A stretch of DNA of 64,000 nt, taken from Scyliorhinus canicula. Its lineage: Eukaryota. Each line of letters begins with the position of its first letter. The first letter of the stretch is position 1. The notes beneath the pieces were generated by a model that saw only the letters and a list, made by a program, of their open reading frames with translations, made no database searches and was not told the DNA's origin. Below are positions 61,920 to 64,000 of this stretch, one piece after another. The stretch is taken from assembly GCF_902713615.1 (NCBI RefSeq), contig NC_052158.1, positions 32,529,990 through 32,593,989 on the forward strand, read 5' to 3'. The position numbers and the translations under genes were made by a program.

Positions 61920-64000
61920 TTACTGTAATCAATTGATTACAGAAATGCATAAGCACAGCCCAATTTAATGTTCTCAGGAAGTGACGAAGATCATTGATGA
62001 AGGAAGGTGAGTGGGTTTTGTCTACATGGACGTCAGTAAAGCCTTTGACAAGGTCCCTCACAGAAGACTGGTACAAATGTCAAAGTCACACGGGATCAGA
62101 GGTGAGCTGTCAAGATGGATACAGAACGCTAGGTCATAGAAGACAGTGGAACGGTGCTTTTCTGAATAGAAGGCTGTTACTAGTGATGTTTTGCAGGAAT
62201 CAGTGCTGGGCCCTTTGATGTTCGTAGTATATATAGATAATTTGGTGGAAAATGTAGCTGATCTGATTAATAACCTTATGGATGACACAAAGGTTGACGG
62301 AGTTGCAGATAGTGGTCAGGATTGTCAGAGAATGCAGCAGGATATAGATCAGTTGGAGACAAGGACGGAAAAATAGCAGATGGAGTTTAATCCAGAAAAA
62401 TATAAGGTAATGCATTATGGAAGTTCTAATAAAGGATAAAGAACAGAGAAAAGTACAGCACAGGAACATGCCCTTCGGCCCTCCAAGCCTGCGCCGAACA
62501 TTCTGCCCGTCTAAACTAAAATCTTCAACACATTTGTGGTCCGTAGCCCTCTATTCCCATCCTATTCATGTATTTGTCCAGATGCCCCTTAAATGTCACT
62601 ACCGTCCCTGCTTCCACCACCTCCCCCGCAGTGAGTTCCAGGAACTCACTACCCTCTGTATAAAAAGCTTGCCTCATACATCTTCTCTAAACCTTGCGAC
62701 TCGCACATTAAACCTATGCCCCCTAGTAATTGACCCCCTTCGCAGGGAAAAAATCTCTTGACTATCCACTCTGTCTATGCACCTCACAATTTTGTAGACC
62801 TCTATCAGGTCGCACAACAACTTCCTTCATTCCAGTGAGAATAAACCATGTTTCATAGAGTTTACAGCGCAGAAGGAGGCCATTCGGCCCATCGAGTCTG
62901 CACTGGCTTTTGGAAACAGCACCCTACCCAAGGTCAACACCTCCACCCTATCCCCACAACCCAGCAACCCCACCCAACACTAAGGAGAATTTTGGACACT
63001 AAGGACATTTTATCATGGCCAATCCACCTAACCTGCAGATCTTTGGACTGTGGGAGGAAACCGGAGCACCCGGAGGAAACGCATGCACACACGGGAGGAT
63101 GTGCAGACTCCGCACAGACAGTGACCCAAGCCAGAATTGAACCTGGGACCCTGGAGCTGTGAAGCAATTGTACTATCCACAATGCTACCGCGCAACCTCT
63201 TCTCATAGCTAATGCCCTCCATACCAGGCAATATCCTGGTAAATCTCTTCTGCACCCTCTCTAAAGCCTCCACATCCTTCTGGTTGTGTGGCGATCAGAA
63301 TTGAACACCATACTCCAAGTGTGGCCTAACCAAGGTTCTATACAGCTGCTACATGACTTGCCAATTTTTATACTCAATGCCCCGGCCAATGAAGGCAAGC
63401 ATGCCGTATGCCTTCTTGACTACCTTCACCACCTGTGTTACCCCTTTCATTGACCTGTGGACCTGTACACCTCGAGCTCTCTGACTACCAATACTCTTGC
63501 GGGTTCTACCATTCACTGTATATTCCCTACCTGTCCTAGACCTTCCAAATGCATTACCTCACATTTGTCCGGATTAAACTCCATCTGCCATCTCTCTGCC
63601 CAAGCCTTCAAACGATCAAAATCCTGCTGTATCCTCTGACAGTCCTCATCGCTATCCACAATTCCACCAACCTTTGTGTCATCCACAAACTTACTAATCA
63701 GACCAGTTACATTTTCCTCCAAATCATTTATATATACTACGAACAGCAAAGATCCCAGCACTGATCTCTGCGGAACACCATGAGTCACAGCCCATAGGCG
63801 GTAATTATACAGTAAATGGCAGAATCCTTAGGATTGTTGACAGGCAGAGAGATCTGGGTATATAGATCTTCAGATTACTGAAAGTGGCAACGCAGATGGA
63901 GAAGGTAGTCAATAAAGCTTACAACATGCTTGCCTTCATTGGTCGTGGAATTGAGTATAGAAATTGGGAAGGTATGCTGCAACTGTACTGAACCTTAGTT
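61920..64000. mobile_element. Nested repeats: a + CR1 (61920-62437, resuming 63795-64000) containing a - CR1 (62438-63794), which contains an HE1 SINE (~62854-63193, -)
   Basis: The + RT breaks at ...HYGSSNKG and resumes at GNYTVNGRIL. The inner - ORF reads GVPQRSVLG...KFVDDTK. Confidence 0.85.

Overview
Eukaryotic, repeat-dense DNA from a cartilaginous fish, probably a catshark-type shark (inferred from the HE1-type SINEs, CR1 family and class I sequence). There is a 500-N gap at 8931-9430. Host genes: (1) a + strand MHC class I heavy-chain locus. Visible exons are alpha1 (1344-1604), a 5'-truncated alpha2 (2001-2206), alpha3 with a +1 frameshift (4856-5120) and two cytoplasmic exons (9540-9572, 10218-10265). 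It has non-classical peptide-anchor residues and no visible leader or TM exon, so it reads as a pseudogene as assembled. (2) A decayed CHRM2-like muscarinic receptor pseudogene (44497-45594, -). (3) An intact second exon of a GPR139/GPR142-like GPCR (57911-58821, -). Two proviruses on the - strand each have a 4-bp TSD. Provirus 1 (16237-27485; TSD CCCT; Phe-like PBS) carries gamma/epsilon-like integrase and env remnants plus a central foamy-virus-like block, and a rearranged CR1 sits in its 5' LTR. Provirus 2 (33417-39593; TSD CAGT; tRNA-Lys PBS; LTRs of 1.1 and 1.45 kb) is an internally deleted foamy-like ERV. The rest is CR1, L1 and RTE LINE fragments, tRNA-derived SINEs, Harbinger-type MITEs and minisatellites. 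The most unusual observations are a minisatellite of about 80 copies of the class I alpha2 splice donor, the chimeric provirus, unknown ORFs conserved between the two foamy-like elements, and 131-bp octamer-containing monomers at the CR1 5' end. All alignments were done by eye; no database searches were run.
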